Origin: Eledone cirrhosa
Lineage: Eukaryota
NCBI GenBank assembly: GCA_964016885.1
Contig: OZ024740.1
Span: 114,080,001 to 114,144,000 of the forward strand
Direction: 5' to 3'
DNA length: 64,000 nt
This document shows, in pieces, positions 13,401 to 25,742 of this stretch. Position numbers and translations under genes: made by a program. The notes below the pieces were generated by a model. That model was not told the origin of the DNA. It ran no database searches and saw only the letters and a program-made list of their open reading frames with translations. Numbering within the stretch: the stretch's first letter is position 1; every line of letters starts with the position of its first letter.

Positions 13401-14350
13401 TAACTGCAAAGAAAGAACTGCTACAGAAACTGGCTAAGAAATGGCAAGAAAAGCCTCTGTATGGAAAATACCCAGAGCGAGCTAACAATCCTGATGTTGA
13501 CAAAACTTTAACCCATCAGTGGTTGGCATCCTATGGACTGAAATCGGAGACTGAAGGACTGATTATATCAGCACAAGATCAGTGTCTGCCAACAAAAAAT
13601 TACCAAGCCAACATAATAAAAAATGGATGCAGCCCATTATGCCGTGTATGCAAAAAAACAACCAGAGACCATTGACCATATAATTTCAATGTGCAGTCCT
13701 ATAGCTCCAACCGAATACCTAAACAGGCATGACAGAGCTGCACAATACATACATTGGATAATGTGTAAGCATGTTGACCTGCCCCATCAAAAGAATTGGT
13801 GGGAGCATCAACCACCTCCCATACTTGAAAAAGATCACATCTCAATCTTGTGGAACTTTAGCATCCAAACAGACCGAAAAATAGATGCAAATAGACCTGA
13901 TATAATATTGAAGGACCTTAAATAGAGGGTATGCCTGCTAATTGATATGTCTGTTCCAATAGACAAGAATGTATCTATAAAAACATTTGAAAAATTGAGC
14001 AAGTATAAGGACCTGGAGATAGAAATTGGAAAAATGTAGAAATTGAGAACTAAAACAATACCAGTGGTTGTAGGCGCTCTGGGAATGATACCTAAGGGGT
14101 CTAATGATTACTTATCGCAGATCCCAGGAAACCCGCGTATAGGAGAAATACAAAAGATAGTACTAATGGGAACTGCCCATATACTAAGGAAGATTCTGTC
14201 AATATAAGTACATCACAAGTCTAAACACTAAAGATGCATGTGTGAGTATATATGTTCTTCCTTGAACATGGCGGACCTTGTTGTCTCTTGAGGTCACTGG
14301 TTGTGACTTGGTGATAACTCGTATGAACATGAAGCAAGATAAATGCAACT

Positions 14351-14351
<1 letters not shown>
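10404..14351 (+). mobile_element. Full-length, disabled R4/Dong LINE, family B
   Basis: ORF pieces 10564-14207 join into one RT+RLE protein; 3' end aaatgcaactg followed by (TAA)n. Confidence 0.92.
10564..14207 (+). pseudogene. Disrupted RT-RLE ORF of family B
   Basis: YMDD, GIFQGDSLSP and RHD/RPD motifs; frameshifts at about 11040 and 13655; stops at 12134, 13052, 13923 and about 14037. Confidence 0.9.
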
Positions 14352-14381
<30 letters not shown>

Positions 14382-14382
<1 letters not shown>

Positions 14383-16131
14383 TGGAGATCTTCAAGGTGG
14401 CAGATAACATCAGACAGTTGTTGCGCAAGAGTATGAGGTCCTGGGAAACAGAGTCAACTGGAGAATCCTTGGGAAGCGTGAAGATCAAGAGAGGTATCTT
14501 CCAGGGAGATAGCCTGTCCCCTCTGTTGTTTGTCCTTGCCCTGATGCACCTGACCAGTGTACTGCGAAAAGTGAGAGCAGGATACGGGTTTGGAAAGGGA
14601 GGGCTTACCATCAATCACCTCCTCTTCATGGACGATCTTAAGCTCTTCGGGAAGAGTGAGAAGGAGTTGGATGTGCTTGTTGACACTGTCCGTATTTTCA
14701 GCAGTGATATATGTATGCAATTTGGTATTAGTAAGTGTGGAGTCATTGTGATGAGGAGGGGTAGGTTGAGCAGAAGTAATGGAATCCAGATACCAACAGG
14801 TGAGATGATAAAGGAAATTGACTCTGAGGAAGGATACAAGTATTTGGGCGTTCTGGACTCTGATGGCATAAAGAACAAAAAAATGAAGGAATTGTTAAGA
14901 ACTGAATACATTCGGAGAGTAAGGAGCGTATTGAAGTCACATCTGAACAGCAGAAATGCCATAAGCGCAGTAAATTCCCGAGCTGTGTCTATTATTACGT
15001 ACAGTGCGGGAATTCTGAGATGGAATGTTGCTGAACAAAAAGAAATGGATAGGAAGACTAGGAAGCTATTGACTATCTACACCATGTTCCACAAGAGGAG
15101 TGATGTCGATAGACTCTACCTAAGGAGATCTGAGGGTGGAAGGGGTCTTATCAACATAGAGGACTGTGTTCAGATGGAGAAAAACAACCTAAACAAATAC
15201 GTGACTGATAGTAAGGAGCCAATGCTCAGAACTGTACTGAAGGAGGGGACAATAGGCCAGGGGATGTCCAAGGAGGAAATAACATCAAGGAGAAAGAGCA
15301 GCCTTCAGGAAAAATCCCTTCATAGTACCTTCTTTGAGAAAACTGAATTTAGAGATCCACAGACATGGAACTGGTTGAGAAGAGGAGACCTTAAAAAGGC
15401 TACAGAAGGAAAGTTAATGGCTGCGCAGGAGCAGGCCCTCAAAAGCGGTTGAAACACCATATTTACAAGGAGGAGGCTAGCCCACTGTGCAGGATCTGTG
15501 GAGAGAGAGGAGACTGTGGCTCACATTGTATCCGAGTGTAAACACCTAGCCCAGGCCCACTATAAGGGCTGGAGACATGATGTCATGGGCAGGGTGATCC
15601 ACTGGCACCTGTGCAAAGTAAACAATTTACCACATTCTGAGAAATGGTATGAGCATAAGCCAGAGGCGGTGATCGAGAACGATCAGGTGAAGGTGCTGTG
15701 GGATTTTAGGATACAGACGGACAAGAAACTGGAACACATTAGACCTGACCTGGTGGTTGTGGACAAAGAAAAAAGAGCGTGTCTGATTGTCGATGTGGCC
15801 TGCCCATTCGACACGAGAGTGCGAGAGAAGGAGAGGGAGAAAATTAACCGATACCAGGATTTAAAGTGGGAGGTAAAAAGGATTTGGAACTGCCATGAAG
15901 TCAAAGTGATCCCGATTGTCATAGGCGCACTGGGGACTATCTCCAAAAGTTTCCAGGGATGGTTAAAGAAAATCGGCCCCTTCACGCTTTTTGGAACGCT
16001 TCAAAAGGCATGCTTGCTGGGAACAGCAAGAACCCTCCGATACGTCCTGAATATCTGAGGCTGCAGGTAGTGGCTTGATATTCATTCCAACGGACTTTCC
16101 GGTTAACTAACATGAATGACTGACATTCAAG

Positions 16132-16132
<1 letters not shown>
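14382..16132 (+). mobile_element. 5'-truncated R4/Dong LINE, family A
   Basis: Highly similar to 7530-9291, with a frameshift at about 15445; lies in the (AAT)n tail of family B and has (AAT)n on both sides. Confidence 0.93.
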
Positions 16133-16188
<56 letters not shown>

Positions 16189-16448
16189 TTTCTTTATTAA
16201 CCACAAGGGTTTACATAAAGTAGACATTAAGGACAGTGCAGGACAATGCAGGACGGTACAAATGGGCATTTCTGCGTGTAAAAAAACAAAAACAGAGGAT
16301 GTAACAAAAATAACAATGAAAATAACAATGAAAAATTCCCCAATAGGGGGGAGACTTCGGAGGGACATTTGTGGAGAAAGCCCAGTAAAAAGCCACAATG
16401 ACCCTGACCACCAAGGCAAGTGCCCTCTCCCAGTTTTCCACCTTTAGT

Positions 16449-19400
16449 TTACAGATATATACTCAGAGTCGGCCCATTCACTCGGGCCATTCTTGCTTCT
16501 CTCACCCATCTTTCAACAAAATGCTGGGAAGAGAGCACTTCCTTCTCTACTCTGATTTTCCTTTTCAAATGAAATTTGAAAAAGTCAATCAGAGCATCAC
16601 CGAAGAGGTAAGTGCTCGTCTTCAGCCCTTTCAAACGTGTCCACCATACTATCTCTTTCGCCATGGCCACCAGACAGATAAAAACTGCCTGCCCTTCCCG
16701 GCTAAAGGAGGAGGGCGGGGCAATCCTCACGATAGACCCAGATGATAGCTGGATCCGTCCTAAACGCGACAGCAGGTGTTCGACATAAACCCACAAGTCA
16801 GCAATTTTCGGACACTGGACGAGTGCGTGCAGGACGGTTTCGTCGCCCTGCGCGCATCTCGGACATGCCCGGCTGACGGCACCTCCATGCCTGTAGAGTT
16901 TATCCCGAACTGGCAAGGCTCCTCGGTAGCACTGCCAGGCCAGAGATTTCTGGAAGTTGTCCATAGGCCCTGGCCCGAAAGTTCTTCCGAAGAGATTGGC
17001 TAGTTGATTTTCGTCGACGCCTAGAGTTTCCCCAAGTACGTCGTCGCTCTTCCCCTCCACTAATCCTCTATAGAACGCCGAGGTGGAGTTTCCACCGATC
17101 ACATTGCCCGATTGGTCGAGGGCTGTGAGCGCCTGAAGACATTCCAGTCTCCAGGCGCTCCCTCTCGGTCTTCGCTTGACCCAGGACTGCAGCTCCGTCA
17201 AGGAAACGAGCTGGGGAAAAACGCGTCTAGCAAACGGCGACCACACCTGATCACCGTCGAGGAAGAGGTGGAGATGTCGTAGCCTGAGCGCGTGCCTGCG
17301 CATCATCAGCCACGGCATGCCCAGCCCTCCACGTAGCGGGTGTTGACAACAGATGGACCGCCTGACCATCGGAGCACGTCCCTTCCACAAAAAGCGAAAG
17401 AGCAAACGCTCCAGCGCAGTCAGGCGAGGCTTAGGACAAGGTACGACGGTTAGGCGGTAGCAGATGACAGACGCGATGTACGCGTTAGCCACCTCCGCTC
17501 GACCTTTCAGGGATAGCTTCCTCTCCGCCCATTTCTGGGTGAGAGAAGCCACCCTGCTCGTTACCTCGTCCCAGTTTTTGTCCGTCTGGAGGTCCGGACC
17601 GAACCAGACCCCTAGCAATTTAACCGGTCCGTCCGTCCAGCGCCCGACGACGCTGTTGGACGGCATGGACCTGCCTCTCCAGGTGCCGAGCTGCAGGCCC
17701 ACTGACTTTTCCTGGTTGATCATTGCTCCTGTCACCGCTTCGTATTCTCTTAGTGTAGTGCCGATCGCCTCGATGTGTTTGGCGTTCGACACCACTACGG
17801 TGACATCGTCCGCATATGCTGACACGGATCTTCCGCATCCTAGTTCGCGCGGGACTCCCCTCAACGTCTCCAGTTTGTGCAGTAATGGCTCGAGAGTCAA
17901 TACGTACAAGAGGGACGAGAGGGGACATCCTTGGCGGACCGAGCGCATGATGTTGAACGGTTCCGACAGGTGACCGTTCACTCTCACCACAGAGCAGATG
18001 TCGCTGTGCATGGCAGCGATCCAGCCTCTGAAGACGGGCCCAAAGCCAGCCGCCCTCAGGACTGCCGCTAGGTAACGATGGTCGACCCTATCGAAAGCTT
18101 TCGACTGATCTAAATTGATCAAGGACCCACCCGTGCCAGGTTCCCTAGCTACCCTCTCTACGATGTATCGCATGAGGTGGAGGTTGTCGTGGATGGATCT
18201 GTCGGGAATGGCGCATGTCTGCGCCTCTCCCACCAGACCACCAACGACAAGCGCCAACCTCTTTGCTAGCACCTTGGCCAAAATCTTAAACTCTGTGTTT
18301 AGCAGAGTTATGGGCCGGAAATTGTCTATGTTATCCCCCTTGTTCGGATCCTTTCTCAGCAGTGCCACCGCTCCTCGGCTCACAGAACTGGGAATTCTCC
18401 CGTTCTGTTGCCAGTTGCAGTAGACGTCCGCCAAGAGGCCTCCGAACAAGTCTGGCATCTGTACGTAAAGTTCATAGGGCAGACCATCCAAACCAGGCGA
18501 TTTACCCCTTGTGCAGCCAGTCATTGCCTCCCGTACTTCAGCGGCTGTTATCGGCTTTTCGCAACACCTCGCCTCAGTGGCCGAGAGCCGCGGCAGCCCG
18601 TCGAGGTAGACACTAAAGTCCATCCCTCTACCCGGCCCCCCGCTGCCCCCGAACAGCTGAGCGAAGTGTCGCTGAAAAGCTTCACACATTTGCCCGGGAT
18701 CGAGTAGCATGCGCCCGTCCTGGTCCACCAAAGACCGGATCGTGGCTTTGTTGCCACGACGCGCCTCCGCCACTCGGGCCCATTGAACGGCTTTCGTCCC
18801 CTCGTGTCTGAGAGCACGCACCCTTGCTCTGACAACGCAGCCTTCGTGCTTTGCATTGAAGAATTGGTCAAGGGCCAATTTCGCCGCAAGCACGTCGGTC
18901 GCAATGCCTTTGCTAAGCGCCTCGTCTAATTTTTTAACTAGTTCTCCCTCTGCACAGATCACGAATTTGTGGTCCGTGTAGCTGACTATCTTGAATTGTG
19001 GACAGCCTATGCTAGACCTATCTATTTCCCTACAAAATACTCTATCTAGATATGATCTGGATGACCCTATGCGGTTTGTCCAAGTCCACATTGGCACCTT
19101 CGGGAAATCCAATCGGTACCTGTCAGACAGTTCAAAACGCCTGAGCAGGTTGGTGAGGCTTTTGCACCCTCCACCCCTATCCGCTAATCCCACACAGTCC
19201 CAGCGTGCATCTAAGATCCCGTTCCAGTCGCCCACTAACACTAAAGAGCGGGACGTTCCAAGAAAGGTCTCCAGACGCCGGAAGAAATCAGGCCGCCCTG
19301 CTCCTGTCGGGGCATAGACGGCCACTAGCCTGAAAGCTTGCCCGTCTCCGCTGGTCACATCAAGCACCACCAGCTTACCCTCTGGGTCCAGGAAGATGGC

Positions 19401-19649
19401 CCGTATGGCGAGATCCAAACCTCTCCGAAAAAGCACAGCAACTCCTCCACCGGATCCAGGACGGCTGGGAGATGCGTACACATCGTAGCCGCCGAAGATC
19501 GGTGCGAAGGCCCGTGCTTCGGAGATTCTGGTCTCGCTGATGGCCACTACATCTATGTTTAGTGACCTGAGGTCGTTGAGCAGGTGACCCTGCTTCCATG
19601 ACGACCCCAAGCCACGCGCATTTATGCTGCCTATTCTGAGTGAGGTCAT
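16449..19649 (-). CDS. Tx1-type ORF2: AP endonuclease + RT + C-terminal zinc finger (1066 aa)
   Basis: SINARGL, SETR, VYAP, GDWN, LDR and TDH (APE); KSPGLDG, FRPITLLN, LDQSKAFD, RQGCPLS and YADD (RT); CPRC..H..C. Confidence 0.93.
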   Translation of the reverse strand: MTSLRIGSINARGLGSSWKQGHLLNDLRSLNIDVVAISETRISEARAFAPIFGGYDVYASPSRPGSGGGVAVLFRRGLDLAIRAIFLDPEGKLVVLDVTSGDGQAFRLVAVYAPTGAGRPDFFRRLETFLGTSRSLVLVGDWNGILDARWDCVGLADRGGGCKSLTNLLRRFELSDRYRLDFPKVPMWTWTNRIGSSRSYLDRVFCREIDRSSIGCPQFKIVSYTDHKFVICAEGELVKKLDEALSKGIATDVLAAKLALDQFFNAKHEGCVVRARVRALRHEGTKAVQWARVAEARRGNKATIRSLVDQDGRMLLDPGQMCEAFQRHFAQLFGGSGGPGRGMDFSVYLDGLPRLSATEARCCEKPITAAEVREAMTGCTRGKSPGLDGLPYELYVQMPDLFGGLLADVYCNWQQNGRIPSSVSRGAVALLRKDPNKGDNIDNFRPITLLNTEFKILAKVLAKRLALVVGGLVGEAQTCAIPDRSIHDNLHLMRYIVERVAREPGTGGSLINLDQSKAFDRVDHRYLAAVLRAAGFGPVFRGWIAAMHSDICSVVRVNGHLSEPFNIMRSVRQGCPLSSLLYVLTLEPLLHKLETLRGVPRELGCGRSVSAYADDVTVVVSNAKHIEAIGTTLREYEAVTGAMINQEKSVGLQLGTWRGRSMPSNSVVGRWTDGPVKLLGVWFGPDLQTDKNWDEVTSRVASLTQKWAERKLSLKGRAEVANAYIASVICYRLTVVPCPKPRLTALERLLFRFLWKGRAPMVRRSICCQHPLRGGLGMPWLMMRRHALRLRHLHLFLDGDQVWSPFARRVFPQLVSLTELQSWVKRRPRGSAWRLECLQALTALDQSGNVIGGNSTSAFYRGLVEGKSDDVLGETLGVDENQLANLFGRTFGPGPMDNFQKSLAWQCYRGALPVRDKLYRHGGAVSRACPRCAQGDETVLHALVQCPKIADLWVYVEHLLSRLGRIQLSSGSIVRIAPPSSFSREGQAVFICLVAMAKEIVWWTRLKGLKTSTYLFGDALIDFFKFHLKRKIRVEKEVLSSQHFVERWVREARMARVNGPTLSIYL

Positions 19650-19684
19650 GTTTAAAATAGAGTGGAAAAGATGGGAAAGACCAC

Positions 19685-21781
19685 TTACCGTACTTTTGGT
19701 AGAGGAGGGATGGTTTTTACATCCCTTTTCACTTGATCGTCTGGTGAAGGGACCGTTGAATCGTCCCTTCGGCTGGTCGTCGGCTCTTCTAAGAGAATGT
19801 CTGAGTATACTCTTCGATTGATGGTTCCTCCTAGGTCCCTGAAATCACCAACTGCGTTGGGGAATTTCGTTTTAATGTTTGTGTATTGTTTCTGTGCTAT
19901 TTTTAGAAGTCTTATGTTAGTTGGCGTTTTGATTGGTGCTGGTATTATGTAGTCCTGTTGTGAAATGTCTGTGTGTTCAATTATGTAAGTCATTAGTTTC
20001 TTGTTGTGTGTATTTATTGCCGTGCATTTGTTTTTCTGGGGGTGGGGTGTGGTTCTGCTATTTTCTTGTCGTTGTTGCTGGGTGTGTGTGTTTTGTTGTT
20101 GTGTTTGCGATGTTGGTGCTTGTGGTGGTGGTGTTGAAGGTGTTGTTGGCGGTGGGGTTGTCGCCGGTGGTGATGGTGGTGCTAGCGTGGGTGGTGATGG
20201 TGTTGGTGTTGTTGCTGCTGTGGGTCTCTTTGCAGTAGACTTTACCCTTTTCTCATTTCTTTGCTCCCTTTTCAAAGGCGACGATGCGCTGCTTCTGCGT
20301 TTGTGCCTTCTTACGACCTTTTGCCATCCCTCTCCCACCTCACACTCCATGTCTGATTCTGTGAGGTCGGGGAGGGGTACCAGCTCCACTCTTTCACTTG
20401 TTGTTGTTGGTGATGTTTGCACTGGAGTCTCTGTTGCAGCTGCATTTGGTATTGCTGTTGTTGTTGTTAATATTTCGACTGCTGCTGCTGTTTTTGATTT
20501 CCGTGGGGTGGGTATGGGTGCCACGGGCCTATCGTTCCTGGTTGCGGCTTGTCCTGTTGCTGGTAGCCCTGGAGCCGGATTCGGAAGGAGGGGGGTTTTC
20601 TCCTTTCTCAGGGTCTTCTCGTTGCAGAAGGCCCTGAGGTGAGTCTTCGATCCACAGCGAAAGCATTTCGGGCGTTTGCCCTCAACACTTATGGGCAGTT
20701 GAGTGCCGTTATCGAAGTCTATCACATCCGGGATAGCTTCGATGCACTCCTGGTTAGTTTGGATTAGCATCTCAATGTAGGAGCCGACCCAATCTTCTCT
20801 TACTTTTTTCTGTACTTGCAGTACAGTTGTTTTGTCCTCGATTCCGACGAGGACAGACGCGGCCAGCCAAGAAGGGGTCATTCCGGGGGGGACGTGGGTC
20901 AGTTTGACCCTCACAATTTTTTGCCCGCAGTAGGAGGGCACCAACACCATTTCCTCGCTCCTTAGGGTCACTACTGATTGGACATTTGCCTCCTGGGGTG
21001 TGGCAAAAAGTACGTCTACGGTGGCATATTTTTTGCCTCGGGTGATGTACGTTTTCCGCTGCCACACAGACCCCAAGGCTTTTTGTATTTGGGCCTCTGT
21101 GGCTCTTTCCACCATACGGGATTTTGTACTTACTGTACGGTACGTGACCGTACAGTGCTCTTGGGTTTCGAAAAATTTTTCCGCTGCCTTGCAGATTGCT
21201 CGGTGTCCGTTCTTTGTCACCATCTTCTTCGCTTCCTCTAATTCCTCATTTGTTATGAGGATTGTTTCCAAGTTTTTCGCAATACCTGCAAATGAGATTG
21301 GTTTTTCTCTGCTGTTGTTGTTGTCGTCAGAGCTGCTGGTACTTTTGTTGTTGCTGCAGGTACTACGACTACTGCCTCCGCCGCTGTTGCTGTGGTTGTT
21401 GTTGGTGTTGCTGCTGCTAATGCTGTTGTTGTTTATGCTGCTGGTGATGCTGTTGCGGCTGCTACTGTTGTTTTCATTGTCACTGTTGTTGTTGTTATTA
21501 CGGCTGCTACTGCCATTATTCCTGACGTCAGACGAATGAACTGGGTTTTCGTATTTCCCGCACACCTGTTTCGTCGCTGTCGTCGTCGTCGTGGAGAAAC
21601 CTTGCACGCTTTGCACGAGACTTTTCTTTTCTTTCGTCACTTGCGAAAGAGAAGGGAGGGAGAGAGACACATTTAAAGAAGGGAGGGAGAGAGACAATCT
21701 TCTCTCTGCTGTAGTGATGATTGAGGAAGAAGAAGACGGAATGAGTGGGAGTGACGTATGAAATTTATTTTTCGTAGCCAT
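19685..21781 (-). CDS. Tx1-type ORF1 (gag-like, CCHC zinc knuckle)
   Basis: Open frame from ATG 21781; CFRCGSKTHLRAFC knuckle; N/S- and P/T-rich segments; ends 35 nt before ORF2. Confidence 0.85.
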   Translation of the reverse strand: MATKNKFHTSLPLIPSSSSSIITTAERRLSLSLPSLNVSLSLPSLSQVTKEKKSLVQSVQGFSTTTTTATKQVCGKYENPVHSSDVRNNGSSSRNNNNNSDNENNSSSRNSITSSINNNSISSSNTNNNHSNSGGGSSRSTCSNNKSTSSSDDNNNSREKPISFAGIAKNLETILITNEELEEAKKMVTKNGHRAICKAAEKFFETQEHCTVTYRTVSTKSRMVERATEAQIQKALGSVWQRKTYITRGKKYATVDVLFATPQEANVQSVVTLRSEEMVLVPSYCGQKIVRVKLTHVPPGMTPSWLAASVLVGIEDKTTVLQVQKKVREDWVGSYIEMLIQTNQECIEAIPDVIDFDNGTQLPISVEGKRPKCFRCGSKTHLRAFCNEKTLRKEKTPLLPNPAPGLPATGQAATRNDRPVAPIPTPRKSKTAAAVEILTTTTAIPNAAATETPVQTSPTTTSERVELVPLPDLTESDMECEVGEGWQKVVRRHKRRSSASSPLKREQRNEKRVKSTAKRPTAATTPTPSPPTLAPPSPPATTPPPTTPSTPPPQAPTSQTQQQNTHTQQQRQENSRTTPHPQKNKCTAINTHNKKLMTYIIEHTDISQQDYIIPAPIKTPTNIRLLKIAQKQYTNIKTKFPNAVGDFRDLGGTINRRVYSDILLEEPTTSRRDDSTVPSPDDQVKRDVKTIPPLPKVR

Positions 21782-22714
21782 GTTGTTTTTTTGTTTAAAA
21801 TGAAATTTTGGGTACAAAACCCCAATAACTGGTTATTTAACCCCGAAGGGCCAAATAACGGACAGAAAGACCCCTCTCACGAGGAGGAGGGTGTCTTTAT
21901 CAACAATTTGGTTCAAGTTTTAAACAATTTACAATTGTTTTAACGGTTAAAAATTACTATACCTTACAGAGCCGAGCCTCCGTCAACCATGGCATTCAAT
22001 AATAATAATAATAATAAGAAGAAGAAGAAGAAGAAGACGTCCATTGAGTGCTAACGAGAAGTGTGGAATAATGGACTATATAATAATGTAGATTACATAT
22101 CTCATGGAAACACGTGTAATATTTTCCATGTGAATGCGTCGGTTATTCATTTTTGCTAATATTCTACCTCTCGTTTCGTTTTGTAGAAACCTGAATGTAA
22201 AACCTATTTATCACTATATAAGAATAATTCCGATAATTTCATCTTTATCATCATCATCAACAATATTATTATTGTTTAGATTGTTTATTTCTGCATTTTT
22301 GCTGTTAATGTTTTGTTCCTGCCTTTGTTGATTGCTATTGCCAGAGGCACTCCTAACAGGGCCATTTCTTTCCATTTTGCATATAAATGATATATATTTA
22401 AGTGTATCGTTATTTGTTGTCTGGATTATATATATTATTGTATGTATTACTAGGGTATTGTTTTTGGATTTGGTTTGGAATGTGATATAATCGCTTTGCT
22501 ATTCTTTGCAAACGATGCTTATCTGAAATTTATGATTTACTGATAAAGAGGTTACATAATGACTGACTGCTGAGGGAATTATATAGATTTGTCTCCTTTT
22601 GTATGGAGTGTGTGTTGTGTTCTAGTCTGTTGCATGCATTGGTTGTGGTGTGTCATATGGTGAACCTCGCTTGTATGTGTTTCTCTGTGTGTATTGGGAC
22701 ATGTTTTACATAGC

Positions 22715-22733
22715 TTGTATATATATATGTATG

Positions 22734-22805
<72 letters not shown>

Positions 22806-22967
22806 TATATGTATATATATATGTGTGTGTGTGTGTGTATGTATATGTGTGTGTGTGTATGTATATGTGTGTGAGTGTATATATATGTATGTATGGGTAT
22901 GTGTATATATATATATATGTGTATATATATAAATATATATATATATGTATTTAGATATATAAATATG

Positions 22968-23016
<49 letters not shown>

Positions 23017-23207
23017 ATGTATGTGTATTTGCGTGGTTGTATGTATGAAAAGTGTGAGAAAGAGAGAGAAAAAGCAAATGATAAATGCATGAGAATGAGG
23101 AATAAGGAGAGCGTTAAAACAAATAGAATCTGAAGTGAGGCGGCAACATATGATTGTTACATATAAATGAGAGTTGGGGAGAGGAAACGGATATACACTC
23201 TAACAAA

Positions 23208-23239
<32 letters not shown>

Positions 23240-23348
23240 AAGACAGAGTGTATATATATAAATAAATAAATATATACATTATATATATATATATAAATAT
23301 ATATGTGTACGTATATATATATATATACATATATATGTGTACGTATAA

Positions 23349-23435
<87 letters not shown>

Positions 23436-23456
23436 TATGTGTACGTATATATATAT

Positions 23457-23490
<34 letters not shown>

Positions 23491-23522
23491 TTATTTATTT
23501 ATATATAAACCTTCAGGTATAA

Positions 23523-23613
<91 letters not shown>

Positions 23614-23640
23614 TATGTGTGTGTGTATTTATGTATATTT
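22715..23640. repeat. Compound (TA)n/(CA)n microsatellite field
   Basis: Directly visible dinucleotide runs. Confidence 0.9.
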
Positions 23641-25482
23641 TAGTATCTACGTGTGTCAGGGAGAAAGACCGAAAGAGATATTCATCTTACATAACTATTT
23701 TCTCGAAAAATCATTGCATCATATCAAGATAATCTTCTCGTGTACATGCAGTTTGCGAATGTACAATAAATCTTTGTGAATTATTATTTTTTGTATACGC
23801 TAAATAATAGGTCATAATGTATTTCTGTTGATAACTTCAAACCAGTATGTTCCCAGCTCGGATTGCATCCCACCATACTTTGACATCATCCATCACAGAT
23901 TATAACATCATACCCATATCATAAAAGAAATTGACACAATCTAGTACACCTTCCGCTTTGAAATTTAGGTTTGGGCCAGCGTTATATACAGAGTCTAATG
24001 TTTCCTTTTCAATTCACATCTGTACGTCTATTTCCCGGGATTTCTTTTAATGTGTTTCTCATATATCATTGTTTCAGAAAGATTTTATCGCCGTTGCTTT
24101 TCTAGGCCTGAAGGTACACCATATAAGTAATATTGCAGTTGCTATTATAGAATTTTTTATTCAAATTTTTAAGAATGGCACCAACAAATCTGATGTAAAA
24201 GTTTTATAATAACGGAAATTCTAGTCTCGTTTTTCTTAACGTGTATACAAATATAGCACGAATCCCAAAGATTATTAAGGGTTTTTGATTTAGGTACAAA
24301 CCAGCAATTTTGTGAGTAGAGGAAATTCGAGTGAAGGGCACTTTACTCGATTCAAATTGCTTTGGTGGTATTTTAATTTAGAATGTACACGGCCATAACT
24401 AAAAGCTGCCAAATATTTCGTCCGACGCTCTAATGAGTCTGCCAAAGATTATTAATAAAATCGCATCGTGCGCGTATTTTTGTAGGTAAACGATTAAGAT
24501 ATCGAAGGTGTACGATTTAAGGGTGTTGTTAGAATATTTCATAGCATTCCCGGCGTTACTTCCTGCGAGTGCTCAAATCCCACCGAGTTCCACATTGCCT
24601 TTCTTACTTTCGTTGTCGATAAAAATAGTACAACCCCAGTTCTGGTGCAGCAATATCTCCCACAATGAGTCACACGTTGGATAATCTTTTTGAGTAAGTG
24701 GACTAAGAAATGATATCGTTTTGGTCAACACTACATAAGCGCATGAATACATTAGTGAAAACATGATACATGCTAGCAATTCACACTCTATTGATAGGGA
24801 CGGTTGTTTGGTTATAATATTTCATGAGCACATGGAGGATTACGTGGTTAAGAATGTCACTAACATAGTAAAGGATTGCCCCAACATGTTTGTTTATTAA
24901 ATTGAGTTTCGCCCAGTACTAACCCCACATGCATGTAACTTTCGCAGAGTACACTCTATTACGACGATTTGGGATAGGTATCCTTTCTGATTATCTCTAT
25001 ACTAATGACCTGATAAGTGCATTTCTACTACAGTAATATATGAGATGAAGCTTTTTCATCCCTTTACCTTAAATAGATTCGAATATCCGGCAATAGGTCA
25101 TTGTCACTGCCATACTTCCTTTCTAAGTCAAATTAAAATATCGTATTCGGACACTAGGTATATTAGACTAGACGATTCATAAAGGATGGGCGAGCAGTAT
25201 ATAGTATGCAGTTTATTTTTGGTTCACAAATATATAATCTTGAATACATTTACAATTATAATGCAGTTATTGTTTTGTTACGTCTCAATAAAAGAAATAC
25301 GATAAACATCTATATCATTCTATTAATAAACCATAATAATTGATAGACAAGGGCAGTAAAATGGAAGATATGTTCAGAAATAGATGTTCATTACAAAAAT
25401 TAGTATAACGATAAGAGCATGAACAGCAAAAGGAAAATAAATAACGTCAACATAATTAACAACAACAACATCAATAATAATA

Positions 25483-25592
25483 ATTGTTTCTACTATTGGC
25501 ATAAGGCCAGCAAATCTCCAGTACATTACTGGTACTTTATTTCAGCGACCCCGTAACGATGAAAGCAAAGTTAACCTCGGCGGGATTTGAAC
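25483..25592 (-). mobile_element. SINE copy (Nin/Deu-type)
   Basis: Reverse complement of the SINE core and tail, abutting (AAT)n. Confidence 0.75.
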
Positions 25593-25610
25593 ATCAATAA
25601 TAATAATAAT

Positions 25611-25722
25611 ACTTTCTTTATTAACCACAAGGGTTGACATAACGTATAAAATTAAGGACAATACAGAACAATACAGGACGGTACAAATGGGCATTTATGC
25701 GTGTAAAAAACAAAATCAAAAT
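25611..25722 (-). mobile_element. Short 3'-terminal fragment of the Tx1 family
   Basis: tttctttattaaccacaagggtt...ggacggtacaaatgggcattt matches 16189-16290; preceded by (AAT)n. Confidence 0.88.
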
Positions 25723-25742
25723 TATATGTATTAAAAAAAAAG

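Larger units (their letters stand above)
16187..21998 (-). mobile_element. Apparently full-length Tx1/L1-clade LINE inserted in (AAT)n
   Basis: Two open ORFs; 3' end ...cccttgtggttaataaagaaatc followed by (ATT)n; (AAT)n also abuts the 5' end. Confidence 0.92.

Noticed and set aside
23850-24200. Possible RTE 3' relic, and a possible CR1/Jockey RT relic at about 32720-32800
   Set aside because: Only one or two weak motif echoes each; not supportable without an HMM search.
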